Positions 1-13,884 of a DNA stretch of 64,000 nt are shown here, in pieces; position 1 is the first letter of the stretch; every line of letters starts with the position of its first letter. The stretch is from Antedon mediterranea. Lineage: Eukaryota; Animalia; Echinodermata. A program made the position numbers and the translations under genes. Where the stretch lies: NCBI RefSeq assembly GCF_964355755.1, contig NC_092680.1, forward strand, positions 19,911,045-19,975,044, given 5' to 3'. The notes under the pieces are model-generated. The model was not told where the DNA came from. It made no database searches and saw only the letters and a program-made list of their open reading frames with translations.

Positions 1-2209
1 GATATTCGGACACATGGGCTTTATGTTATGTTCACTAATTTGATAACGATATTATTATGAGATACATTTAGCAGGTGTCATGAGATGGATCTAAATTCGC
101 TTAACTAATTATGGAAATTTAATAAAGCATGAAAATTAAAATAATGAAAGTATATATGGGGTAAATAAATTGCACAGCTGTGAGGACCAAAGCTAAGATT
201 TGTCAATGTTGGTAGGCCTATAATAATAGAGTTCTGACGATTTACAGAAAACGTTATATAAAGGCTGGTGACAGACGGATTCTTTGCTCAAAGGCATTGC
301 AATTGATTAAATCACAGAATATTCAATTAATTTACAGCTTAATGAATTAGGCCCAGTCGGCCATGATTGATCGACTTGTATTCACGTTGTGTTAAACAAT
401 CATACACCACAAAGTGTCAATTAGATTGTACAAACACAAATTCCTTTTATATATTTTTAAAATTCAAATTAATTAACGTTAATTATTTGTAAAATGTTGA
501 CGGAACGAAGATTATTAAAATACGAATGTTCGATGACTTACCTGTATGAAATAGAACGAATTTACGAATACATTCCTTAGAGATGGGTACACTTGTATGT
601 AAATCAATGTATTTATCACAATTGAGAAATTAAAAATGAGAAGGAAAATCTCTAAAATACGTCACAATAAATCACCTCTACAGATTTACTTCCAAGTTAA
701 ATTTTCTTCTGTTATAAAACAATTTTTTTCGTCTTCAATTGATCGAAAAAGTTTAATAACCTTCAGAAAAATGTCCTGTGACTAGATATCCAGTGAGAAC
801 TACTTAACTAGCCCCTTCAAGCATGTCTATACAGCAGCTGGGTCGGGCCGACAATAGTGAACGTGCGTAGCCTACACAGCATGAACGGGTTTACGCCACA
901 ATCGCATTGGACTTGTAATCGGGTCTCAGACCGATGGCGCATGCCGAGAGCGAGAGAGCTGCAAACGATTGGACGAGACTATTTCTTTTGCAGGTTGGTT
1001 CATTTCTACAATAATCAAAATGGAGCAAATGCTCCCCTCCCCTCCCCCCACACCCCAAGAAACAAAACAACAACAAACAAAATGTGTTAATAACTAGGTA
1101 TATTTATCGCACAAATGAGTGTCCCGGAAAAAATAATGTAAATGTGCATTCATTATAGAGAATATTATTAACGCACTTAACATGTACTATTTCTAACCTT
1201 CATATAATAGAAGTTTCTTTTACTTTCAGAACGTGTCCAATGCGAAAAAAATGTTGTATCGAAGTATGAGCATTCACTTGTTCCGTTTCAGAGAACGGAA
1301 GCCGACATTTGGTAATGGAAATTCATAGAATGCCGTTTTCTGTTCCGTGAAACGGAGGAAGGGTGAATGTGGTCACCAGATACAGGATTGTGAGGTTATT
1401 AATAAATTAATATCATTCTAAACGATATATTTTGGACATCTTGATTTGATTTATTCAATTTCGGCATAACAATTTTGGACAAACCCACAAAAAATATAAA
1501 ACAGAATGTTATGGATTGCCAAAAGTGAGCATATTGCTATACAATTCACAAGACTTTCTTTTAACAAAAATACATAATTTTAAATATATTAAAGACAATT
1601 TAAAATTAAAATTATAGAAAGATCAAAAAGTATCAGAAATGTAAACATTCCTTCTGCATGGTTTGTTTACTTAGTGATATTCTAGGGTTGTACACGAAAC
1701 AATGATGAGAAATGTATGGTATTATTTACTTATTGATTACCTAATCATCTTTTTTAAATCTCACGGAAGGAGTGGGGATTTATTGATGAGGAGAAGCAAA
1801 TAGCTAGAAGGATTTATAGCGGAGCAGAGAAAGCAATGGACGATGATAATTCAACATTGTGGTAGAGGGAAGATATGATGGGAAAACAAGAAGAAGGAAA
1901 ATGATTGCTTATTTGGCAGAAAGATTAAAATAAATAAAATACATTTTCCCAACTAATTATGGAGGAATGGAGACTGTTATAAACCTGCCAAATGGCAGAT
2001 GACAAAAGATTTATTTATTTGGAATGTTGGTCTGTTTTTGCTAGGAATACTCAATTAATGATGATTAAACTTCATTCACAATCTAAAACATACCTACGAA
2101 GCCTAATTATTAAAATATTATTAGGATAAACAATATATCAATAGAATTATACCACGTATATATTAGAATGAACACAGCCGTGTATAACTCAATTTCGATT
2201 GATACATTA

Positions 2210-2358
2210 AGCTCTGTCTACACTATCAATCTAGTTTGACAAAAAAATATGTGATGTGCCCAAATATGATAGATATACCCAAATATGGTAGTGATATTAC
2301 ATCATCATGGTCATATATCGGCACATCACACATAGAGTTTGATAGTGTAGACAGATGT
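2210..2358. mobile_element. MITE family A (AGCTCTGTCTACACTATCAAA TIR, Harbinger-like)
   Basis: TIR plus internal TGTGATGTGCCC/GGCACATCACA inverted pair shared with the copies at 6338, 12459, 13885, 42255, 50581 and 58055. Confidence 0.8.
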
Positions 2359-5300
2359 TAACTCCTTTTAATGGTTAATTGTAAATTCCGACGACAATTG
2401 TTTTTCCACGGTGTTGTATTGATATTTAAAAAAACCTAGACTCAAACTTAATAATAGAGAGACGAGGAGACGAAAACAGAGAGAAAAAAAAAAGATTTAT
2501 TTTAAAATGTCACAAAAGACAAAAAATAGAAGTGACAATGACAAATTTGCCGGGAAAATGATTTCATTTTTCCTGGAAGCTAGTTGACTCATTTTCTTAG
2601 TTCCCATTTTCCATTAAGTTATTATCCTACTTTGGTACTAAAGTTGTCATTATACGAACGATAATTATTATCTACACATATCAAGAATAAGGAACTGATC
2701 GCTATCGTATCTAGCGAATCACCGATCCATTGTTGACGAATCCAGTTCTTTATAGTAGATATCTTATGCTAATAATTATAAACACATTAAATCGAATTGA
2801 ACACACCGTCGTCCGCACACGGTGTTAATGGAATTTGAAAACGCCATAACAATCACATCGTATTGTATTTAATTGTATGTAATTGTATTTAATTTTTTCT
2901 TGATTTTATTTTTGTAATACTTGTAATTTGATATGTTACAATACATATCTCTGTTAGAACTTCGTTACCCATCTCGCCAGGAAAATTTACGAAAGCGTAG
3001 ATTCAGGATATCGAAATAATTTGACATTATATGATGATTGATTGTTCAAATTGTATACGAATAATGAAGTGCCATGTAGAATGTATCCGATGACAGTTAA
3101 AATTGTTTATTAGAAAACCTCAGTGTCAGACGCATTTATACAGTTCGATTGTCAAATTAATATACAAAATAAAAATGATTAATTATCGCTAATGGTTTAA
3201 ATTATTGGTGGCGCTGTATCAATTGTTTTTAGAGTTCTACTCTACATAATTTTATCTGACTGCATTTTCAAAAATAAAAATGGCATAACCACATCATAAA
3301 AAAAATCATAATTGACATGATAAGTTTTTGCTTGAACTTTGTGTCAACTTTCGTACCAATATTTGGTGATAATCATCGGTATTAAACCAATATTATTGTA
3401 TTCCAATGTAACTTACATTACAGGCTTATAAATAAATAATAATTGTATATAATATGGTTTGTTTTGGTTATTTTACATTACGGTGCATCGCTCGCGCTTT
3501 TGTATCATGTGGAGTACATAATAATGTGATTTATGATATAAAAATCATTTTATTGCTTTTGCATTATGACATATTTCAGTAGCGCTAAAGTTGATTAAAA
3601 TCATATTTCGCCCTGGTGAGATGATTTTCTTTATCGAGATATAGGTCGTATCAATCAAACACTGTCAAATATTGCGTATCGCGTGTTCGTCACACATCGA
3701 TACTTTTCTCGGCTTATACCAACCGACAGCTGGCCAATAATACGCTCAGTTTAATGGTGTTGGGACATTAGGTATAGAATCGAATTAAGTCCTACCCGTT
3801 TCCAAGGCAGCTTACGAGATTAAATCACCTAATTTAGACCTTAATGATGTGCTTCAGCATATTATGTTCATTTGCGAATAGGATACAGGAGAGACGGTAT
3901 CAAAATACTATTATCATTTTGATAAATGCAGATAAAATTCATCACAAATTGGAAGCTATGGTAAATTATAATACAATACTTAGATTGCCGCGTCAGGGGT
4001 AACTTACTATATTAAAGTTATACATTATAAAAACCCACGAAGAACATATTATTATTATTATTATTACGTATTAATCGTTGTTTCGATAGCTGAAACATTT
4101 ATAGGCTATGAAATACGGTATGTTTGATTTCCAATTAAATATTTTAATTACTAAAAAAGTTGTTGAATAATTATGCTATTTTATTCATTCATTTTGACCA
4201 AACAAATGGATCTAAAAAATTATTTGCCTAAAAAATTTAAAGCAAAATGGTTGTTGAATTTAACCGTTTATTTTGTCTTTTTTTTTAACGGAAGTGATTA
4301 ACTGATTTAACTTAAATTAAAATACAAAATGGCATATTTAAATTAAGTTTTATTTTCCAGGTTTTTTTAGGAGGGGGGGGGGGTGGTGGGGCTGGTAATA
4401 CATCTTTAAACTACGTTATTCTGCTTAAAATGTCTTTGACGTTGTTTTCATGTTTTCATTAACTGCATCGTTTTGCATTGAAACATATGTACTTATACAT
4501 GCTTAACCTTTTTGAGATCTCTCTAAAATTATGTTTAGCATAACTGGTACTTAAACGCCTTGGTTACTTAGAATGTTTCAACCAAGGGTTTGCATATACT
4601 CTTGTTGATAGGCCTATACCATTTGATAAAGGTACCAGAGACAAAACATAATCAATCTATAACCATATATCATACACACTATCATCCACGGTCTTCTACG
4701 CGTGAAATATTTCATCCATGGACCGACACGCGCAGCTGTCGTGACAAGAACTACGAGTTCCGATTACCTTCCTCCCCGTGACGAGTATTTCAATGATGTG
4801 ATATATTTGATTTAATTGAAGCCGTGCTTGAATCTAACCATAGACATTTCGCTTCTATTATCATCTAATTGGGCCTGCAGCTCTCTCTCATAGATAAAGT
4901 TTTACTGCCAATGTAAGGTATGCTGAACATTTTATATAATGTGTATTCTAGTTCACTACCAACAATAAAAGGCTGGTTTCAAATTTACGAACCGAACAAA
5001 TATGAATACTTGCTTAAAACTTATCAGATTTTGCACCATTGAATAAAAAAATAAATAAATAGGCCTAATAATGTAAGTTAAAACAACAGAAACAATTAGT
5101 ATATATGCCGTCTGGTCTTAAAAGTTCGAGGGAGTTTCAAACACAAACACAGAAATGTTCTCATAGTGTCAACACCTCTAACACACTAAAGCAATAGTAA
5201 TTAACATTCAAATATTTCGTTAAAAATGTTCAAACATTATAGGCACGTCTCGTATTTACCTCGACAGGCCTACGGTGCATGTGGGTCTTAATCGTCCTCA

Positions 5301-5485
5301 TGTCCCCTCGATATTTATTTATGTATTTATTTTTATTATTATTATTATATTATATACTATTTTTATTTATGGGCTGAAAAACAAGATAATATACAAAAAT
5401 ATAAAAAAGGTACTTAGTAAGAAGCAAATGATAAAATATTAAAATGTTCAATCATATTAGGTAATAAATTATAAGCACGCGCAGC

Positions 5486-5820
5486 AAGACTTTTAGACTC
5501 AACAGCTTCGTATTCGCATAACGCGTTGTTGCAACGAACTATCGCTTAAAATGTCAGCATGCACAGAAAGCTGTTTAGACTCAATAGCTTGTAGTCGCGT
5601 TAGGCGTCGTGGAAACGAAAGTTCACTAAAACATAATGATCATGCCCAGGAAGACTTTTAGACTCAATAGTATTTTAGTCGCGTGGGGCGTCGTGGAAAC
5701 GAAAGGTCGCTAAAAAATATGATTTTACAGAAAGACTTTTAGAATCAATAGCTTTGTAGTCGCGTGGCGCGTCAGGGAAACGAAAGGTCGTTATTATTGT
5801 TAGAGAGAAGGTAGACTTTT
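5486..5820. repeat. Degenerate ~82-bp tandem repeat, 4+ units, CpG-rich
   Basis: AAGACTTTTAGACTCAATAG..GTAGTCGCGT..GGAAACGAAAG units start at ~5486, 5568, 5651, 5732 and 5813. Confidence 0.85.
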
Positions 5821-6337
5821 ATAGATACAACCATTACTGGGTGTTATATTATCAATAATCTGCCAAAGTTAACTCTGAAATTCGCATTTGGACTGTTTTA
5901 CGAGTGACAGTGACATATTTATTTGACATCTTATTGCTTGCTATTTCTAATGGCACTAGGAACGAACAAGCATTATCTTGTAAAATATGTTTGGTATTGG
6001 AAGTTAAGTACATACATTCTTCTGTAAGCAGACCCAAAGGAACTGATAATATCATGTAATAGTGTGAATGAATTACATTCTAATGTCTTGGGCAACAAAG
6101 TGCAGCGTTCATGCCTGGGGTCGGTTACATACATTTCTATAGATAGAGATGTGTTGTAGACTACATAAACTGTGGAGTACCGTCCTGTCAAAATCGTCAA
6201 TTCATAAAACATTTCTGCTGCAAAATTTCTGTTAAAAATAATAATTTGGTTAATCAAAGAGACGGATCATCAAAACTGTGACTTGTGATTGGGTGAAATT
6301 ACTTGCGTTGCGTACTGCGTCCGAATAGACCACGTAA

Positions 6338-6481
6338 AGCTTTATGTGACAAAAAAATGTGATATACACAAATATGGACACGATGATGTCGTATCGCTAA
6401 CATATTTGGGCATATCACTACCATTATTTGGGCACATTACTACCATATTTGGTAAACTAGTTTGATAGTGTAGATAGAGCT
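6338..6481. mobile_element. MITE family A copy (left end truncated)
   Basis: TGTGACAAAAAAATGTGAT..TTTGATAGTGTAGATAGAGCT followed by TAA. Confidence 0.75.
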
Positions 6482-7531
6482 TAATATCAGTGTACCAAGG
6501 TAAAATTATGAGACGTTCCTAAAATCAACTCAAGACAGGTATGAGGTGCTGACAAAATTTGGCTGTGCAAATTGCAAATTGTTACCGAAATATGTGAATG
6601 TTATTTACTGTTGGTTTAGAATATCATAGGCTTAATTGACACCATGTAGCATTAATTAGCAAGAAAGGTCAACGGACTGTTGGCTTGTTTGTTATTACCT
6701 ATCATTCTGCCTCTTAATTAGTTGTCTAATTTCACAATTAGCCAGACAAGATAAAGTGCTGGTCATTTTTCAACGGTTATGTTTAAATCAGTCGATTGAA
6801 GAGATTTTGATGGGCAAGGGAAAAAAGTAGAATATATTTTAATGTTGATATTATCTTATATTTTATATGATACCCAAATCATTTAGAAGACAAATATTGC
6901 AAGAAAATAATATATTACTGTACACTATTTCTTATTTTACATATTTTTAATTTACACCCTGAACACATAAAAATCACTAATGGGAACATAAAAAAAAGGA
7001 AATGTTTAAAAATATTGTTATGAATATGTTAAAATGGAATATTGCAATAGAAGTAGGACAAACCCACAAAAGATTCAAGATTCTTTTATTTGTCAACAAT
7101 TAACAATTGACTTTCTTTTGGCAATTATAGGCCTACATATAAAATGCAACAAAAGCAGCAAACAAATAATAAAAAATAAATGAAATAAATAAATAAAACA
7201 TAAATGAAGGGATTAGAATAGTGTGCTTAAATTACAATTAATGTTAAAAATGTTAAAAAATGTTCTTAAAACTTTACAATATTTGTAAAATACTACGTAT
7301 TGTACTATGGAATAAAAAAAAGACTCGGTTAGAAATGAATTATATATTTTGCGAGAAAGATTCGGGGTACATACTATCTAAAACCTGAAAAAGTAGTTGA
7401 AAATTAAGACATAGTTATGAACATAGTTGTCCTAAGGAAGTGATTGTGAATAACGGGAATGTTGATAGCACATATTGCTGCAGTGGATTGCAGACAAGAT
7501 CAGGGATTAGATACTGCTTGACACATTGTCA

Positions 7532-7921
7532 ACAACAACAACATTTTTGGAACAAAAACTAACCACTGCACAAAGAGCTATGGAAAGGCAGATGCTTGGA
7601 GTGACAATTAGGGATAAAATCAAAAACACAGTAATAAGGAAATTGACTAAAGTCAAAGATATAATGAACAAAATAAAAGAAGCAAAATGGCGTTGGGCGG
7701 GACACCTGGCAAGAAGGGATGACAACAGGTGGACAAAACGTATGACAGAATGGCAACCAAGAACCGGCACAAGAAAAAGGGGAAGGCAGAAACGGCGATG
7801 GAGGGACGACATTACAAAGTATGCAGCATCACGTGGGCGAGGACAGCACAGAACAGACGGGATTGGCAGAAGCATGAGGATGGCTACATCCGACAGAGGA
7901 TGATACAGCTAAACTGACTGA
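7532..7921 (+). mobile_element. 5'-truncated RTE-clade LINE (end of RT ORF) with 13-bp TSD
   Basis: AQRAMERQMLGV..KWRWAGHLARRDDNRWTK..EWQPR..RGRQKRRWRDDI, then a frameshift to TWARTAQNRRDW. TGAC-like tail; TSD TGACAC(A/G)TTGTCA at 7519-7531 and 7922-7934. Confidence 0.9.
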
Positions 7922-8123
7922 TGACACGTTGTCATACTCTTGAAGTACGATGATTTAGTTATAAGTGAAATCAGGACGATAATAGAAATATATTCGGCAC
8001 TTAAGAAACAAATAACCGTTCAAAATGTATGGTATATAGTAAACTCATATTTGTTAATAGCATTCAAGAAAGACAGAAATTATTCATTTTGTGTATAACT
8101 ACTGTACACCATTTATTTATAAA

Positions 8124-8177
8124 GAAAATGCACTGATGAAGGGCTATAGTGATGTCCGAAAGCTCTGACAATTTTTC
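8124..8177 (+). ncRNA. Minimal type-I hammerhead ribozyme motif (Penelope pLTR-like)
   Basis: CTGATGA (8133-8139)-A-GGGC..GTCC (stem II)-GAA-AGCT-C, with a bulged stem I from flanks AAAATGCA / TGACAATTTT; followed by a T-rich tract and AATAAA. Confidence 0.6.
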
Positions 8178-8642
8178 TGGCGGTTTTTTACTTTATCGTT
8201 TTAATTTAGCTTTTTGCTTATTTTATTTTGTATCTTCATTGAGCCACTTATCATTGTCTTTTTTTCAGTAATATGCCTTTGGATTTCAATAAATATATAT
8301 GTATATGTGTAATTAACATCGTTACTGATTAACAGAAACTAACTGTTATATAAAGAAGATCATCAAATCGACTGAAAAATACCATTCGACATAAGCCTAA
8401 TTATGTAGACATTATAACTGACTACTTTGGGATTGTATGTATTTATGGGTGCAGTAGTAACGATTTCATTTGTTCTATTATATCATGGGAGGTTTATATC
8501 ATTTAGAATAAATAATGCCTCCATAATTATGTTTGTGAGATCTGTTAACTGTAATTCTATTGATGACGATATGGTTCTAACCTATTGTATAGTATAAACA
8601 CAGTAAGCTACCAAATAGTTGGTTTCAACCGTCAATCACTTA

Positions 8643-8821
8643 AGCTTGGTTCCCACTAGAACGTAACGCAAGGACGTAAACGCAACGCAAGCGTTTTAAC
8701 CAATGACAAGCGAAGTTATAGACAATTAGCAATCACAAGCGAATAAGCCATCGCTTGTGATTGGTCAATTCACTTGCGTTGCGTTACGTCTTTGCGTTGC
8801 GTCGCTAGTGGAAACCACGCT
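8643..8821. mobile_element. MITE family B (AGCTTGGTTCCCACTAG TIR, Harbinger-like)
   Basis: ~180 bp with long TIRs containing ACGCAA repeats; TTA/TAA flanks; near-identical to 9548-9726 (inverted) and 16687-16865. Confidence 0.88.
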
Positions 8822-9402
8822 TAAGAAAGTAAAAAATACACAATAGTATGGTTTTTGACAAATATTCTAAACTAAATCCAGTATGATATGATTGACACGT
8901 TGACTAATTCCAAACTGTAAATATCTACATCACTCTGTATAATTGGCGACATTACAAAGTTGTTTACGTCAGTTTAAGTCGTAAAAATACTAAACTACAT
9001 TATGTTAATTACTGTACAGTATTCTCAGTTAGTCTGCAATGTTATTGGCAATGACAAAGGTCGGCTATATCGGTTATTCTTTTGAAGATGGTAAACATTT
9101 GGCACCAAAATACAAGCATTATTGCTTTAAGCATCAATAATAAAATATTATTAAACGCATCAAACTTTGTACGCGGTGAAATCATATATTTAGGAGTACT
9201 CATTCATTAGCATTTTTATTTGGCTATGATTTACCGAAACTAATCAATAATCGAAATTATAATAAATGTAAATTTTAATCAAAATATATATTCTACTAGT
9301 TGATCAATTTTATTATATATTATATTTTTTAGTATAAAGGTTTAGGATTGTTGATTGATTGATATTTGTTATCAGTTTATATGGATTCTACCAATACAAT
9401 AA

Positions 9403-9794
9403 AGCTTTGTTCCCACTAGCGACGCAACGTACCGTAACGCAACCTACGCAAGGTAAGTGCGCTTCTAATAATTGTTTTTCCTCGCCTGCGTGAAATCAAA
9501 CTGGTTTTTTTTTCAAATTGCACTGTTGCGTCGTCGGTTCCCACTAAAGCGTGGTTCCCACTAGCGACGCAACGCAAGGACGTAACGCAACGCAAATGAA
9601 TTGACCAATCACAAGCGATGGCTTATTCGCTTGTGATTGCTAACTGTTTATAACTTCGCTTGTCACTGGTTAAAACGCTTGCGTTGCGTTTACGTCCTTG
9701 CGTTACGTTCTAGTGGGAACCAAGCTTTATGATTACGCAATACATCACTTTGCGTCAATACGTCGCTGCGTTGCGTTCTAGTGGGAACCACGCT
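9403..9794. mobile_element. Family B-related MITE with a nested family B MITE (9548-9726)
   Basis: Outer TIRs AGCTTTGTTCCCACTAG/CTAGTGGGAACCACGCT with TAA TSD; the inner element is the reverse complement of the 8643 copy. Confidence 0.85.
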
Positions 9795-11039
9795 TAAGCA
9801 CGGAATGTTCGATCCGTATAAATTAAATGGTAAAATATATATATTGGAATCATACTGGTACATGCATCAGTTGTACACTATTTCGCAAATGTTATAAGGA
9901 CCTTCACATTTCACGCCATCTATAGGACCATCGGGGTTTTTCTTCGTCACATAATTCTATATTCTTTGGACTCTGCACATTGCGTGCTATTTTCTTTACG
10001 TGAATTATCCTACACATTCCGCTTCGACCTTTAATCAAGCGGTTGAAACATTTCAATTAATTAAGATATTCTTCCAGATATAATGACAGTACGATTTCTA
10101 GTTTTCATCTATGTGTGGTATTCTAACTGATGTCAGTGCGCCGATTCAATTTGTCCATCGACCAATTTCATCAAGTGCTTTTAATGAAAATTGTAGGTCT
10201 GCCGGCGAATAAGGCAGTGCTATGTCGTTTCTATTTAATCTAATTATCTTTAAGAGAAGTAAGTACATTATTTGGAATAACTAATTTGAGGTAAAACTAT
10301 GAACGTCGTAATCTAACCATCCCTAGACGCTCAATATTGTTACCATTAGTAATTTGTGTACTAATGATATTTTGCTATATGACTGAAGGTCAAATAACAT
10401 CTAAGAAAAAAAAAACACACACAAAAAACAGCTTTATATTAATGTTAACCCTTTGGTATTTTCATTTTAAAATCTGTTTTTGTGCTAAAAATAGCCATGC
10501 CAACCACCATTTGTTTTAAATAAGAGACCTTTATAAGAAATTGGCAAAAAATATTGTGTAATATACCTCCAGCTCAAAGTTCTTATCCAAAATAACTTGT
10601 TCTACCATCATCTATAGCCAGATATCATCATCAGATATCATCAGATATCATCATCATCTATAGCCAGATTCTCAGTGCTGTATCTCGCGACAATGGCAAT
10701 ATTATCATCTGTATCTGTATGTGATGCCTGTATCATGTAAAGTAGGTTATGGTCTATCATATTAGGTGATTCATGTGAAACACATATGATGCTGTATTAA
10801 GGATTTTTCTATAATACTAGAGCAATTTAGTAAATGGAACTCGATGGTCAGTATTAATAATTTTCACGAATGGTGTAAAGATAATTGTTTTAGATCTAAA
10901 TATTAATAAAACTAAAGAGATGGTTTTTGATTTTCGGAAAAAGATAAACTACGAAATTATTTTAATCGACATTTCAGGATTTTATATTTTGTGTAGCTTT
11001 TATATCGTAATTTATATATTTTATGAACTGTATCCTTTT

Positions 11040-11117
11040 TATATTTGTATGTACTGTATATTGAAAAGGCCAACAGAGTTTCCCCATGGGGATAATAAAG
11101 TTTAATTGAATTGAATG
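11040..11117 (+). mobile_element. LINE 3' tail (stem-loop + AATAAA + TTGAA repeats)
   Basis: TTTCCCCATGGGGATAATAAAG..AATTGAATTGAA; a tail of similar type lies on the minus strand at ~61782-61920. Confidence 0.45.
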
Positions 11118-11240
11118 ATGGGTGGAGTGCGATAGTCAAAAATTAGCATTACATAGGCGGTTGTGTAAACACGGTTTATTATTATTAGCAGTCCTGGATA
11201 ATAGTGAAACAAATAATATGCCTAAGCCTTACAAAAATAA

Positions 11241-11370
11241 TTTTTACCACATTTAATGAGGGTAATCCATCCAGCAATTGCTGATCATTAGGGACCCTCA
11301 GAGGTTCACAAGACAAAAATATACACAAAATGCTCTACATAAACAAAGTCTTATTACAAGTCTTTGTTGT
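11241..11370 (-). mobile_element. 5'-truncated copy of the SINE at 24744
   Basis: ATCCATCCAGCAATTGCTGATCATTAGGGACCCTCAGAGGTTCACAAGACAAA is the reverse complement of ~24894-24946. Confidence 0.8.
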
Positions 11371-12458
11371 CTAGTATGTTTCCTAAGAGGATTGAGTGTT
11401 ATTACGAGATACAATAAATATGAGTTAAAGAATTTAAGTTGTAATTAAAAGTAGTAGGCCTACAGTACTCGTACTGAATTAGAAACGTTTAAAAATTCCG
11501 CGGCATGTTCTGCCAGTTGTACGATCCACTTGTTGCTACGCCAACGATGTGTTATGAGTACCGGCAAACAATGACGTAATTTATAGCAATTCCTTATTTG
11601 GATAGGCCTACCATCGTTATGAGTGACGTCACAAGTAACAAAATCATATTTTTTAATGGGGCGAAAAAAAATAATTAAGAAACACAATTTCGGCGTAAAT
11701 TTATTATTAAATGACCAGTGATAGGACCTTTCACCTCCCTGAAATTTGTAGCTCCGGGTGACGTGTCAGACAAGAGATAAAGGGGAATTTTAATTAATTC
11801 TTTGATTTTTCTTTACATAATTTAGTATTCTCGTCTTTGCATTTGATTGCCGCGCATGCCTTGCCGGGAACATCGTGTACATACAGTACCGAGAATCGGT
11901 TGCATAACCGGCCATCAAATATACCAAATTTAGTGCTCATAGTCTTAATACGGATCACTAGGAATTATGACTGGAAGTTCTATCTTTTTTTTACACAATC
12001 TCTCTTTTTTAATAATTATGTTTTACCATAGTCTATTTATTTTTTCCGAATCTTGAGCTGTTATAAAAACAGTGTGGATCAAGTGTACATATGCGAAGTG
12101 TTCAATGGAGATTCAAAATAATTTTGTGAGTTCTAAAATCTCGTTAATGAAAATTAACAAATATCTTCTTTTTTTTTCAAGACACTTTGAGTTTAGTAAA
12201 GCACATCGTTGTTATGCACATTAACACAACAACACACGATGCATTGTTAACATGTCAGCGTACCCGTTGTCTAATCACCGTACACTCTTAATTGTTCATA
12301 TTATAATATTCATATCAGTAGATATTATATTATTATAATAAATAATATTTTTGATATTATAATGGAAATTAAATGATTATATTGTAAAGCTAATTTAGGC
12401 TTATATATTAAATGCATAACCGAAGTCATGTAGAGAACGTTTTGGCTAGTAAAACTAA

Positions 12459-12588
12459 AGCTCTGTCTACACTATCAAACTTGTGACACAAAGATATGAT
12501 GTGCCCATTACGATAAGATCATACCACTATCATATTATTAGGGCACACCAAACTTGTTTTAAACTAGTTTGATAGTGTGGACAAAGCT
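12459..12588. mobile_element. MITE family A copy
   Basis: TAA-AGCTCTGTCTACACTATCAAAC..GTTTGATAGTGTGGACAAAGCT. Confidence 0.8.
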
Positions 12589-13884
12589 TTAAAGAACAAT
12601 GATACCAGTCACCACCCTGTTTAATGTGAACGTGCCCCTCCGGTAAAAACTCAAAACTCTATATGGCTTGACACGAATTTACGTTACGTGTTTTTGGCTT
12701 AGGCCTACAGTACATTATATACCTGAATTGTATTAATACATCGTCACAATTTAGTATTAGTCTTCATTTAAACAATTCATAATATTAACTCTAATATCTT
12801 AATTTAATGGAACCTAATCAAAGGAGCTATCATATGAAACAACACACGTTTAGCGAGTATTACATGTAACAAACATTTACATTATAATATATAGGTATTT
12901 TGTATTTTATAACGATGGCAATTGTTACCAAACAATACAGGTGTATACATTCACGGTGCATACCTTGTACCTGTAATATAATAATGTAATACGGTTTTGG
13001 TTGAATTGAATTAATGTCTTGCATGCTAATTGCACCTTCAAACGCTAAACACATAACAATGCTAAACGTGAGGAAAAAGTATTAAAAAAAATATTTAAAA
13101 AAAATTAAAACATACATGTGTTTATTTAAAGTACATACATACCTCTCTCGAATTTATGATATTTCCAAATTGTACGTCATTTTATATGTTTTTGTTGATT
13201 TTTTGATACACATTATCCTCTATATTGCCATCAGCAGACAATATTCGCGTCATTAAATTCATCATCTTTAACATTTACCACCAAATTCGTATCATCTTGT
13301 ACTTAAATTGCCACATAAAGAAAGTAGAGCGTATGGTATAAGCATGTATACAATGGGAATAGAACGATTATCTTTACGTAAGTTGACTACGAGGAATATT
13401 ACACAGGTTACGATATGTTATCTATCTACAATGTCATATTATTATTGTATATTGTTAGTTCATTTCCAAGGATATGTCATCTATTGATTTACTTTCAGAT
13501 GGTTAACGATGTAAACAATAACGCCATAGAGAGCAGACGGTGTAAAATACCCCGCTTCCTTCTATTGTTTATAACTGTGGATTTATTGAACGATATTTAC
13601 AGTTCACAAAAAGTGACTCCTCCATTTCGTTGACTTCATATGATTATTGAACCATTTTTATGTCAAAAAAGGTTAGCATTCGGAGTGCTTAATGTATATT
13701 GTTTATAATTAGTCATTAATGGTGGTGAATCTTTAAGAAAAGCCTCAAGGCAAATATGATTATGTCCTTAATGCGTTCGTTATTCAATCCTCGGTTCGAA
13801 TCTGCGATTATTTTAGTGTTTAATGTATACGTACATATATATGTACACAGACTTGAAATGAATGGAATACAGCAAGTACATCGA

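Noticed and set aside
1780-2010. Purine-rich stretch with faint RTE-like translation (VVEGRYDGKTRRR)
   Set aside because: Too degraded to call with confidence.
5486-5820. CRISPR-like appearance of regularly spaced repeats (also 41304-41543)
   Set aside because: Whole units are homologous with no unique spacers, there are no cas genes, and the context is eukaryotic.
7507-7875. 122-aa minus-strand ORF
   Set aside because: Antisense shadow of the RTE fragment.
13499-13633. TTTCAG|ATG-started short ORF as a possible exon
   Set aside because: No recognisable homology and no partner coding exons.
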